Below, one piece after another: positions 1-10,724 of a stretch of 64,000 nucleotides of DNA. Below the pieces are notes generated by a model. That model was not told the DNA's origin. It worked only from the letters and a program-made list of their open reading frames with translations, and made no database searches. Within the stretch, counting starts at the first letter, position 1. The number at the start of each line of letters is the position of its first letter. This stretch comes from Naegleria gruberi (taxonomy: Eukaryota): the NCBI GenBank assembly GCA_000004985.1, contig GG738919.1. The stretch is one strand, 5' to 3'. Position numbers and translations under genes: made by a program.

Positions 1-148
1 TTACAATGAATTTTTTTTCACTTTCAACAAATGAGTACTGTCATCTTTCCATTTCTTAATGTTCCTTCTCAAAAAACTAATCAACATGTTAATAAAAAAG
101 GAAATTTCTTCTCTCTAAGAATCTCCACTTTTCAAATTTGCAAAAAAA

Positions 149-403
149 ATGGATCCAATTCAACAGAAGGGATTGATTGCCACATTTTCAATCGTGCTGA
201 TTGCCTTGATTTTGTATTCGATCCGAGATTTGCTCGGAGTGAGTTTGATGCAAATTCTCTCGATTTGCTTTTCATTGTTGGTTGGAGTTTTGCAATTGAT
301 GAGGTTGAGGATCAAGAAGGAAAGTTTGCAAGCCAGTTTACCTATATCAAAGAAGAAGATGAAAAAGAATCAGATCGCTGCAGATGTGGATTTAGATGAT
401 TGA
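149..403 (+). CDS. Hypothetical small membrane protein (84 aa). Preferred over the overlapping 31..399 ORF.
   Basis: A-rich context before the ATG (aaaaaaaATGgat). The translation has two hydrophobic helices (LIATFSIVLIALILY, ILSICFSLLVGVLQL) and a basic C-terminal tail. No homology recognised. Confidence 0.3.
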   Translation: MDPIQQKGLIATFSIVLIALILYSIRDLLGVSLMQILSICFSLLVGVLQLMRLRIKKESLQASLPISKKKMKKNQIAADVDLDD

Positions 404-902
404 TGGACTAAATAATTTTTATATTAATTTTTATTAATTTTCTTTTAGTAAGGAAAAGGAAGAATTCGTGTTTGATGAGGAATTGTTTTACAAAAAAATT
501 GGAACTTGGTGTAACTCAATATTAATATTGAATATTGATCATTGTAAAAATAGATAAATCAAATATTAATGAAAACCAAAAGTTAGCCAATACTGTCTAA
601 TTTTAACAATTTATGATTGTTGAAAGAGATATGAAATACTTGGGAATGTTTCTAGTGATCGATTCGGCAAACACTTTATTTAAAACAGTTTACAGCTTTC
701 ATAGCTGAGTGGAAACCTGGCGAAGATTGCTGTGATGGAATCATTCCTCCAGGTCGTTCCTTTTATATTTAAAGGTCTTTTGAATTGTTAGCTCTCCCAC
801 TAACATGGCACAATTTTTGAGATAGGTTCGTCTGCATCTTAGTTTTGCTGAAAACGAATTTGCAATCTTATTTCAATTCGAAGAATTAAAATTTCAAAAA
901 AA

Positions 903-1406
903 ATGCCTTTATCAAACCACTTTCACAACACTCCAGTTCTTTCACACTTTTTGGTAAACGTTGGCTTGTTGAATCTTCGTTTGTTTTTGATTGGAAGATT
1001 GTCAGCAATAGCCAAAAGACGTGAGAAAACTCCAGCCACAGTTGAAGATTTAGGAGTGATTATGGGTGGTGAAAGACAAGCTCAATTGAGTAAGGAGCAA
1101 ATTGATCAAATTAATAATCCGAACAGTTTAGTGAATAGAACTTTGAGAATTCACAGAAATGATATTGAAAATAGTTTGCCATTTGTGAGTGCTGCTGGTG
1201 TGATGGTCTTGTTGTGCTTGGTTCAGGATGCATCTGATGAGAAAACTCAATGGATTGCGAATAGTTTAATGTATTCCTATTCCATTGCTAGATTCGTGTA
1301 TGTCTATGCTTATTGGAATGGTAAACAACCTCATAGATCAATTTCTTGGATCTTGGGTTTCTTGACAACTGCTGGAATTTTGGGATTTTCTTACAAATTA
1401 TTGTAA
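903..1406 (+). CDS. MAPEG-family microsomal glutathione S-transferase-like protein (167 aa)
   Basis: The translation has the MGST1-type motif RIHRNDIENSLPFV (compare MGST1 R-AHLNDLENI-PF). It is a four-helix membrane protein of MGST size (hydrophobic VMVLLCLV, ILGFLTTAGILGF), with an A-rich Kozak context. Confidence 0.65.
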   Translation: MPLSNHFHNTPVLSHFLVNVGLLNLRLFLIGRLSAIAKRREKTPATVEDLGVIMGGERQAQLSKEQIDQINNPNSLVNRTLRIHRNDIENSLPFVSAAGVMVLLCLVQDASDEKTQWIANSLMYSYSIARFVYVYAYWNGKQPHRSISWILGFLTTAGILGFSYKLL

Positions 1407-1471
1407 AGTAATTCAATTATTATTAAATAAATATTTAATTGTGTATTTGATATTCAGAGATGGTAGTTAGA

Positions 1472-3307
1472 TTAAATTGGAACAATTAATCCAATAAGGA
1501 CAGCTGCAATAGCTCCCACAAATACAACCAATGGATGCCAGAAATCAATCCAATTTACCAATGCAAATCCTAATATTGAAACAGCAGCTAGAGGAACACT
1601 GAGTCCAACAACAGAAATCCACAAAATTACAATATTGTTAATTAAATAGCCAACACAAACAGCATTAATTCCATTCATAGCTTTTTGTACGATTGGCTTA
1701 CTTCTTAAAGATCCCCACAGTGGCACTATTCCCAAAATGAGTAGAAAACCTGGAGCATGGAATGAAATACCAGCAATCATACTATAGATAATGACAATAA
1801 TGAATTTGGTAAATGGTGAAACGGATGATTCTTCTACTGAGCTATTGAGAGTCTCATTATTTGAAAATCCAATAAAATTATTGTTAGAAATTTCATCAAA
1901 ACTAATTGTAGAGTTGGTAACATCCTTGTAGAGTGAACTGGTATAGTTAGAATTTAAAAGATTACCAGCAACAACTGAACCAAAATAAAAACCCAAATTG
2001 AATCGAGGTCCAGGAGCTGCATTTGTGAGAGAGTAGCCATTAATAAATTGTTCAGGTGTTATCCAACCTCTTTCAATCATTTCATCTCGAATGATGACCA
2101 CATTGACAACAGCTCCATTAAAAATCAATGAACCTGACTTGAAAAAGAATGATGACATGATAATCCACTCTGTCCATAAATTAATCTTTCTCTTTTCTAC
2201 TTGATTCGAGAGTTTAACAGTTGGAGAGGTTGATTCCACAATCAGAGCTGCTCCAATAAGACAACCAAGAAGGATAAAAAAGAGAATGAACAAGAATACG
2301 CCAAGTTTGATTGAGGCCATTTTGGCGAATGGATTCGCATCAATTTCAGCAGGTTCCTCTTCTTTCCTCTCTTCTAATAATTCAATTTCTCTCATTTGCC
2401 TTGCATATTTTGGAATAAATGATTGGAAGAATAGTTTGAAAAATGTGAGTTTTTGTCTAAACTTCAAATCTCCATAACTTTTAGCTCCAATTTTCTCAAA
2501 TAATCCAAATTCCTCAATTCTCTTCTTTGATCGATCTCTCACTTCACAATAAAGTATCGATAAAATAGCTCCAATTACTAAAAGTACAGGCAAGAGCCAT
2601 GTCTTTCTATAGAGTAAGGTTACCATAGCAACAATGGTCAATAAAATATAGGGAAACATTTCAGGTTTCTTCTCCTTCTTGGGTTGCCCTTTCTTTTTCT
2701 TTTCATTATCTAACATACTTGAGAATCTGGACATGGATTGCAAAGCAAATGCAATGCCAGAACATGCCAATCCTTTCTGGGCATGAATAAACCATTGAGG
2801 AGCAGTTGAGCTATCATAATCATACATTGATAGACCCAAAACCAAGCAAACAATAAATCCAGGTATAGAAAAGAATAGGTATGATAATATTCCTCCACTA
2901 AATCCATATTTTGGCATTGCTATTTTTCACAATCAATTATCATAATTTTCCACACAATTTTCAATCTTATTTACACACATTTAACATTCAAACTTACCAA
3001 GTGCCATGGCAATTTGACTTGGCTTAGGACCAGGAACAATGTGACTCATCATGTAAACTTCCATAAACTCATTCTCAGTCAACCATTTAGCTTTATCACA
3101 AAATCTTGCCATTAACTGAACAACCCCTCCTCTAAACGATGTTCCTCCCACAATCGACATGTTATAAGCAACATCCCACAACATGTACAAGAATTGTCTT
3201 TTCGAATTATTCCCTTCAACAATAGGAGCAATTATTTCATGATGATCCAAATCGTCTTCCGAATAATCATGATGATTGGAAATTAATTTTTCTTCGTGAT
3301 GATTCAA
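1472..3307 (-). CDS. CHR-family chromate ion transporter (ChrA-like), two exons: 2998..3307 and 1472..2919 (intron 2920..2997, GTAAGT...AG)
   Basis: Exon 1 encodes FMEVYMMSHIVPGPKPSQIAMAL, the N-terminal CHR signature (compare LPGP...IAIG). Exon 2 encodes GYSLTNAAPGPRFNLGFYFG, the second-half CHR signature (compare LPGPLFN). The junction gives ...IAMAL-A-MPKYGF in frame (exon 1 is 103 codons plus 1 nt; exon 2 is 2 nt plus 482 codons). Multi-TM throughout. The true 5' end upstream of 3307 is uncertain. Confidence 0.7.
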
Positions 3308-3615
3308 TTCTTCTCTTCTTCATGATGATGATGATGATTTAATACTTCTTCTTCAGCTATTTGATTTTTATCTTCACCATCCGTGAGGGTTTCATCTTGT
3401 TTCATTTTTTTTTGATTTTATCAATTGATTGAATGTAATGGCGGGATTTTTAATATTAAATAGTCCGAGTTGATTTCAATATTCACCGATAAAGTGCACA
3501 CCCCATGCATGTCATTTTCTGCATTTCTGGGTAATTCATCGGGCAAAGGATGATTCGATTGGATTCGAAAATTAAAACTTTCCTTAATCTTTAAGATGCT
3601 TAATTCTTCTTGAAT

Positions 3616-5052
3616 TTATTGTAATTTATACGATTCTAGGCCAAGATTTGCATTTTCAACCATGCTATAAACTCTGCCATTATCAGCAGTGATAATATTG
3701 GCATATCCAAAGTTCCACTTTGATGGCACAACCTTCTCGACCTTTCCTTTACTAATATCAAAAACACTGTAGCTTCCATTGGTGTAATAGACAAGTTTTG
3801 AGTTGTCCTTTGCAATGCTTGCTCTTGGGACTTCGTAACTGGTATTCAAATCAGTTCCAAAGAAGGCAAATGGTTTGGAGATTTTGACACTTGTGTCACT
3901 ACTCACATGAACTAGAGTTGTGTAAATGTGAATAGCTCTACTGGTGGTTCTGGCCTCACTTGAAAAGACAACTGTTTTGAAAACGTAGGAGGACAATAAG
4001 GAATGATCTAAATAAGTGAGAGAAACCATAAATCCCACCCCAACAATTCCAAAATGTGGAACAGAGTTGTAATTTCCAGAATCAACGTGCATGACACCAA
4101 AATGAGTTGGATTAGAAAATGAAAATGATAAAAATCCATCCACTCCCATATGATTAATTGAGGAAAGGAAATATGTTCCAATACTAACAGAATTAATGAC
4201 TTTTCCAGAAGAAACTGAAATCTTCATAATGTAATGCATCAATGACACGTAAATAAAATCTTGATCCTTCTCCCTGGCCATCAACATTTGACTAGCTCCA
4301 TATGGTTCCTCAGGAGTTGTGATATTCCATTTGACATTTTTTGGATTATCCAAATCAATGCAACTCAACCATTTGGATGCCAAGAAAACAAGACAATTAT
4401 TCTCCTCTGAAATTATGGAACTAACTTGTTGATAGGAAGGTGTTAAAGGAGTAATGGAAAATGAGGTCCAATCATTGGTGTTAATTTTGAGTAAACTAGT
4501 GCCAGAACGATTCAAATTATCATACACTGGAACATAGAGCATTCCCTTGGAATCGAGAAGTAAATTATTCTCCATTGAGTATCTCTGTTCTAATTGGAAA
4601 GGTGTTTTTTCTGCCTTTCCACTTTTTACATCAATCAAATAAAATCCAACCAAGTAAATGATTTGTACATTTGGTTTGGAATAAACTTGTCCCACTGGCA
4701 TGATCAATTTCTGTAAACCAGTGTGAAAGATAACCGAATTGTAAGAGTAGGAATTATCATGAAGGAATGGAACGGAAAGATTGGTGGCAAAATCAGAATG
4801 ATCCACCAAGTAAGGAACACGTCTCGTATGCATGGAATCGAAACCAATTTGTGGCCATGCTGTTGTTGCGTTGGTGGTGGTGGCGGCCAATTTTGTGATT
4901 TTCCACAATTTGGAATTGAGCTTTCCTTTGCCAGCAGAAATACCGAGACATGTCGATGCATTCATCATCATCAACATGATCAGGAGTACAGCACCAATCA
5001 ATACAAGATTGATCGATCTGAGCGAGGTGAAGACTCGATCTGTATTTAACAT
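3616..5052 (-). CDS. Hypothetical type II (signal-anchor) membrane/secretory glycoprotein (478 aa)
   Basis: There is an N-terminal hydrophobic anchor (INLVLIGAVLLIMLMMM). The rest is a long lumenal-looking domain with many N-x-S/T sites. No domain recognised. Confidence 0.5.
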   Translation of the reverse strand: MLNTDRVFTSLRSINLVLIGAVLLIMLMMMNASTCLGISAGKGKLNSKLWKITKLAATTTNATTAWPQIGFDSMHTRRVPYLVDHSDFATNLSVPFLHDNSYSYNSVIFHTGLQKLIMPVGQVYSKPNVQIIYLVGFYLIDVKSGKAEKTPFQLEQRYSMENNLLLDSKGMLYVPVYDNLNRSGTSLLKINTNDWTSFSITPLTPSYQQVSSIISEENNCLVFLASKWLSCIDLDNPKNVKWNITTPEEPYGASQMLMAREKDQDFIYVSLMHYIMKISVSSGKVINSVSIGTYFLSSINHMGVDGFLSFSFSNPTHFGVMHVDSGNYNSVPHFGIVGVGFMVSLTYLDHSLLSSYVFKTVVFSSEARTTSRAIHIYTTLVHVSSDTSVKISKPFAFFGTDLNTSYEVPRASIAKDNSKLVYYTNGSYSVFDISKGKVEKVVPSKWNFGYANIITADNGRVYSMVENANLGLESYKLQ

Positions 5053-5544
5053 TTTTTTTTTGTGAAGTGTGTTGGAAAAAGGAGCTCCTGTAACAAGGAG
5101 TTTGTTAGTGTTGGGAATGTGGAGAAATAAATAATGATGGTTCGTTACTTTTCTCCCATTCCAATTAGTTTCTGCGGCGCTTAATTTTCCTTAGCACACT
5201 ATACGGTATGTTTGAAGTTTCAATTGAGTAGGAGAATTTTGTTTGAAATCTCTTTTGGTTTGTTGATCTTGTAATTGTTGAAAATCATTGTTTAAGAGAT
5301 TACGGAACATTGTTGAAATGTTACAATGGAGATTCCAATGTAATTAAACTTTGAACAAATAGCAAATAAAGGATCCACATCTTGAAATCAATTAAACAAA
5401 GTTTTTCTTCATTTTCGCTCATCATATACATTTCTTGAGAAAGATTACACTTCGGTAACATCCTCTCCTAATGAAAATTGAGAATTACGTTGAATGGATT
5501 CTAAAATAAGGAACTTTCGGAAATTCGAATAAAAATTAAAAAAA

Positions 5545-6528
5545 ATGTCTCAAGATGATTCTTCTTCCCTCTCTCAAGTAGTAGTAAATTTGCAAGATTT
5601 TATCATGAAAGAGAATAATGATTTTTCTCTGTTAGATTCTTGGTTGAAAACTAAATTCCGATCCTCATCAAGTGTTCCATTCTCTCTCCGAATGAATAGC
5701 CTTCCACCCATCATCGTTAAAAACATAGATGATGAAAGAGGGGAATCTTGCTATGATGTTGTAATTTCATATGAACATAATTATATTATTATGGGCGGAA
5801 TGAATAGTATTCATGTTTTTGATTATACCACAAAGAAACATGTAAAGTCAATCAAGCTTGATGTTGAAGTGCATGAAATGGAGATTGACAAAAATGGGTT
5901 GAATTTGTACTTGACTGGGTTGTGGGAAACTAATTATGCTTACAGAGTTGCAAAATATGATCTAGTAAAGCTCTTGAATGGTGAGGAGGGAAGTTGTTTG
6001 TGGGTTTGTGCTGAGAATTTGTTACAGAATTTGTGGGGAATCGGATTATTTGAATGTCAAGACGAAACATTTGTTTATGTGATGGATTATGGAAGTGGAT
6101 TAATGGTTTTTGATTCCAGAACTGGTCAGAGAGTTCATCACAAAGTACCAACAGTTGCTAATGGATACGGTGTAGCTTTTACTCCTGAAAATGAAATGAT
6201 TATCACATCAGCTCACCCACATGCTAGTCCTGTTGAAATTTACACATTTGATGAGAAGAAGGAACAGTGGAATCTGAAAAAAAATTGTTTACGAATTGAG
6301 AGTGATTCCACGCCATACGGAGTGTTTTATGAAGTGCCAACCCAAAGAATTTACGTTACTGATACTGTAGGAAAGTCAATCACAGTGTTTGATATGCACA
6401 CTCTGACAAGAGTATTCCGTCACGAATTTCCCTCAAATATGCCTCAATATTATGGTATTATGATAGATAGGAAAACAGGAATTCTGTATTTACCAGATGT
6501 TACTGGACAATTGCTATGCTTTGATTAA
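5545..6528 (+). CDS. Hypothetical protein, possible beta-propeller (YVTN/NHL-like repeats), 327 aa
   Basis: Repeated strand-like motifs are present (RIYVTDTVGKSITVFD, GYGVAFTPENEMIITS, GILYLPDVTGQLLCFD). Assignment is weak. Confidence 0.4.
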   Translation: MSQDDSSSLSQVVVNLQDFIMKENNDFSLLDSWLKTKFRSSSSVPFSLRMNSLPPIIVKNIDDERGESCYDVVISYEHNYIIMGGMNSIHVFDYTTKKHVKSIKLDVEVHEMEIDKNGLNLYLTGLWETNYAYRVAKYDLVKLLNGEEGSCLWVCAENLLQNLWGIGLFECQDETFVYVMDYGSGLMVFDSRTGQRVHHKVPTVANGYGVAFTPENEMIITSAHPHASPVEIYTFDEKKEQWNLKKNCLRIESDSTPYGVFYEVPTQRIYVTDTVGKSITVFDMHTLTRVFRHEFPSNMPQYYGIMIDRKTGILYLPDVTGQLLCFD

Positions 6529-6886
6529 TACCAAGTACTTGAAGACGAGCAGTACAAGAACCTAAACGTGATTCGAATAGTACATTATTGTAAAAAATCA
6601 TGGCCGAAGAGCATCAGTTGAAAACAATACAAATATTGGTTTTATGAAAAGTTCAATTTTGATGCCATAATAATTGGGAAGATAAGGAACAAAAATTGTT
6701 CTAAATCTAATTGGTGATTGATATTGGTTGCGAATTGGAGGGAATTGTAAAAAGTATTTCCATTCTTGGAAACGTAACGTAAAAGGAAGCAAATATTTAT
6801 TCAACTTTCATTACATTTAGATTATAGGATTAAAACAAATATATGATCTTGATGATTCTCGATAGAAGAGCATAAAAAATAGACGA

Positions 6887-9479
6887 ATGAACCCCTCCAA
6901 TATCATTCAGAGTCGAAACATTCTTTGTAAAGTCATTTATGACTTTGATGCGAAAGATAAGCAGGAAATGAGTGTCAAGGCAGGTGATGTTGTAGAGGTG
7001 GTGAAACGATACAAAGACGGTTGGAGCTGGTGTTATTTGAAAAGTCGATCAACCGGAACCTTTCCAACAGATTCGCCCTATGGAATGATTCCAACTGCTT
7101 ACCTGACAGAAATTGAAGATTCGCCAGAAGCAACCTCCTCCATAGAACCAACTTCTACTTCTCAATCATTTACAGATTCGAGTAAGAATAATAACTTGGA
7201 ATTGACCACAAGTTTCGTCATTTCCAAAAATATTCATGCCAATGCAGAACCAAAGCAAACTCACATTTTTCAAGACGAAGACTTTAACCAAGTAATGACT
7301 GAACAGAGTGATAACCTCTCTGTGGCAAGTTATAGAACTGATTGTACTGATCTTTCAATTGGAGGAGAACGAAGGTCGAAAAAGAAGGAACTCTTATCCA
7401 AGATTGGATCCTTCTTTAGAAAATCAAAGAAGAATGAGAATTCTAGTGTAGAAACTCCTAAAACTCCAAGATTTATCATCAAACATGAAAGTTTTAAAAC
7501 TTCAAGTTCAATAATTACTGAGGAGAAGATTGAAAAGGTTGAGAAGATTGAAAAGACGAAAATTTCCAATGTTATTAATCCAACGTTTCCAATTGATGTG
7601 TTGAATGATGTCAAGAAGAAGGTTATTACCAAAACAGAAACAACCAAACGAGAATCCATCTCATTCAATTTATTCTCCAGACAAAAGAGGAGTAAAAGAC
7701 ATAATCACCATCAAGCAACTGCCACTGATCATATGCAATTTATTGCTGAAAAATTAAAGCATCTCCATAGAAGAAAAGCAATGCAACACTATTTGAAAAC
7801 TGAAACTCGTTTCAAAAAGGCAAAGAAGAGACTCGAGTTGATTAAGGAAACAATAGATACCGAGAGAACCTATGTGAATTTGTTGAAAGCTTTCATTGAC
7901 ATTTTCTATTATCCTATCGTGAATGATTCTGGTCATGGAAAGGGAATTTTGAAGAAGGAAGTTTACAACACTCTATTTAGTAATATTGAACAAATTTACA
8001 AAATTAATAATACCTTACTCCATGATTGGGAGAATGAATATAATACGAATTATCCATTTGTGAATATTGGAAAGGCATTCTCTCAAATTTCTCCCTTCCT
8101 AAAAGCTTACACCATCTATATCAACAACTTTGATAAGGCACAAGAAATGTTTGAAAAGCTCAGAGAAAAAGACAAGAGATTTAAGGAATATCTCACTGAA
8201 TGTTACAAGAACAAGTTGGTAAAGGGAACTCTATTGGGTGGTTTTCTCATTTTACCAGTTCAAAGGTTTGTTTTCAATTTTTAATAATGATTGTTGTTTA
8301 ACATTTAAAAGAATTCCGAGATATAAACTTTTAATTCAAGAAATGCTCAAGAATACGCCACCAACTCATCACGAATATGAAATCTTGCAGAAATGTGCCA
8401 AAGAAATTGAATCCATTGCAGCTTTTGTCAATGATGAGAAGAGAAATGTGGAACAGAACCAGACTGTATTTGAAGTTCAAAACATGGTTCAGAAACAATA
8501 TCCACAATTTGTCCAACCCAATAGAAAATTCATCAAGAAGGGATCCATGAAAATTAAGATTACCATTCACAGAATTGAGGAACAATTGGACAATAGAAGA
8601 GGTGCCACTTCAAGCAATCACTCCTCTTTGAATTCTACACAAGATTCAAATCTCAGTTGTCTAATGACATGTAGAGAGGCCAAATTCGATGTCTACCTCT
8701 TCACAGATGTATTGGTCCTCATTGAAATGGAAAAGAACAAATCCATGATTCTGACCGATGAAAAAGTTCATTTTGTCTTTTTACAATTTGTTGATTGTAG
8801 AGATTTTGTTAGAATTTCACAAAATGGAAGATCAAGAAATTTTATCGAATCACCAGATTCACTCCTTTCCAATCACAATTCCAAGCGAAGTAGCTTACAA
8901 TGGGATGATAATATTTTCAAGAGAATTGAACATGAAGATTTCTCCTTTGTGATTGAAGCTCTTTTCAAGGGAGTAAAGACTGAATATTCATTCATGACCT
9001 CAAATCTGAATGAGAAGAAGGCGTGGATGAAGAGTATTCGTGATTGTTTGGAAGGACTCTCAAGAGGCAATATTTCGAAAGGAATCGAACAAGACATTTA
9101 TCTTATTGGAAAGGAGAGAATTTCACTCAACAAGATTGCAAAATGCAAATTGGAAGAACATCAATCCTTAGAAAAGGGCTGCCTCCTAAAAGTTTCCTAT
9201 CTCACTCAATTGGAACAACACTTGAACAAGAAGAAACAACAACTCACCAAATTACAGAAAGAAATTGAAATTTACAATCTCGATCGAGATCAAGTCATGC
9301 TCGAAGCCAAAACTCTCCAGGAAAAGAAGAGCAAGATTCGTGAGGATTTGAAATTCTACTATCTCTCCATCCAAGAACGAGATCAAACCATGATGAAACT
9401 CTTGAATGAGGATCAATCTTTCAAATTAATTTTTGATGATGTCCCAACAGTTGATTCAGAAACTGTTTACAAAATGTAA
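6887..9479 (+). CDS. SH3 domain-containing Rho guanine nucleotide exchange factor (DH-PH), two exons: 6887..8265 and 8312..9479 (intron 8266..8311)
   Basis: The N-terminus is an SH3 fold (ILCKVIYDFDAKDKQEMSVKAGDVVEVVKRYKDGWSWCY). The DH domain (TERTYVNLLKAFIDIFYYPI ... GGFLILPVQR) is interrupted by a 46-nt GT..AG intron. Splicing joins it in frame to IPRYKLLIQEMLKNT, the conserved DH helix. A PH-like, coiled-coil C-terminus follows. Confidence 0.75.
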
Positions 9480-9611
9480 CAACCAATAAAAGATGCATCA
9501 AAAAATAAATCCCAATTCAATTTTTTTCCCTTACTCTGTTTTGTAATGTCCAAATAAGGATGGTTTCAAAAACATATTGGTGGACAAATTGGAATAATCA
9601 TTACAAAAAAA

Positions 9612-10697
9612 ATGCCGATAAAGCCAATGCAGAGAAACACCATCAGTAGCACCTCCAATCTGTTGAAAGATATGATCAGGAAGCAATTGGTGCAAGCCAT
9701 GATTCCGACTTGCAATGTTTCATCCTCATCAACTTCATCAAATTTAATATCAAACTCTGATTCATCAATAATTGTGGATCAACCCAATGTATTAAAAACA
9801 ACATTGTATTCCTTTCCGCCATCTACTTGTTCATGGAGAGTGAGAGCTGCCTTGTATCATCATCTTCCTCTGATATCGAAATTTATTTCCTGTTCATGTT
9901 GTTGTACAACAACAAATTCTCAATCAATATCAATAAGTAGTAAGAATAATAATACAATGATGATGAATAATGCAACAATGAAGAGTAATGATCATGATAG
10001 TACTGAGAAGAGAGTTTCCGACTATGAAAAGTACATTAAAAATCAAACTGTGAATGTTGATTTGTTTAGTAAGATGAATGAAAAGAATGAGTATGGACAA
10101 GTGAATCCAATGAAGCAAGTTCCTGCATTGGAATTCAAGTCGAGTAATAACTTGAGAATATTATTGACTCAATCGTTGCCAATTATTGAATTTCTTGATA
10201 ATATGGCAGAGTTGATTGTTGAGGAGGAAAGGAGTATAATTGGACAGACTTTGCATCCGGATTATCACTATCTTATTCCAAAGAATGATTTGTATCTGAA
10301 ATATAAGACTAATCAGTTGGCTGAAATTGTAAACTCTGGTATTCAACCGTATCAAAATATTAGATTATTAAGGAAAATTCCTAAAGAGGTCAGAGGAGAA
10401 GACAACAAATTATGGGTTGGTGAATGGCAAAGAAAGGGAATGAATCAGATTGAAGAGCTCATTTCAGAAGATTACAAAGATCATTCTGTTACAGAATTAA
10501 CACAATTAGCCACTCAACAGCCACTATACTTTGTCAGAGATTATAACAAATTATCAATGGCAGATTTATTCCTAGTTCCGTCAATTGAAGCAGCCATCAA
10601 TAGAAGTGATATCAATATGGAGAAGGAATTCCCTTACTCTTTTGCAATTTATAATAGTTTAAAGGATTTGGACATTTTCAATCAAACAAGAAATTAA
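9612..10697 (+). CDS. Glutathione S-transferase zeta / maleylacetoacetate isomerase-like protein
   Basis: LYSFPPSTCSWRVRAAL matches the GSTZ N-terminus (LYSYFRSSCSWRVRIAL). YGQVNPMKQVPALEF...SLPIIEFL matches GSTZ NPMKQVPTL...SLAIIEYL. The C-terminal ADLFLVPSIEAA matches ADLCLVPQV. There is an S-rich N-terminal extension. An in-frame 147-nt segment (9854..10000) may be an intron (see findings). Confidence 0.65.
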   Translation: MPIKPMQRNTISSTSNLLKDMIRKQLVQAMIPTCNVSSSSTSSNLISNSDSSIIVDQPNVLKTTLYSFPPSTCSWRVRAALYHHLPLISKFISCSCCCTTTNSQSISISSKNNNTMMMNNATMKSNDHDSTEKRVSDYEKYIKNQTVNVDLFSKMNEKNEYGQVNPMKQVPALEFKSSNNLRILLTQSLPIIEFLDNMAELIVEEERSIIGQTLHPDYHYLIPKNDLYLKYKTNQLAEIVNSGIQPYQNIRLLRKIPKEVRGEDNKLWVGEWQRKGMNQIEELISEDYKDHSVTELTQLATQQPLYFVRDYNKLSMADLFLVPSIEAAINRSDINMEKEFPYSFAIYNSLKDLDIFNQTRN

Positions 10698-10724
10698 TTT
10701 AATTTTTTTTACATTTATTGTGTT

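Noticed and set aside
31-399. 122-aa plus-strand ORF overlapping the 149..403 ORF
   Set aside because: Its composition is less protein-like and it has no hydrophobic or conserved features. It overlaps 149..403 in another frame. Neither ORF is well supported, so I kept only the membrane-like one at low confidence.
4704-5065. Short ORFs inside or antisense to long genes (for example 4704..4961, 4723..5049, 7330..7668, 8331..8585, 16270..16505, 32428..33157, 41663..42121, 55306..57932)
   Set aside because: All are nested within, or antisense to, much longer ORFs that carry recognisable domains. Their composition is biased by the sense strand, and they are most simply explained as chance open frames.
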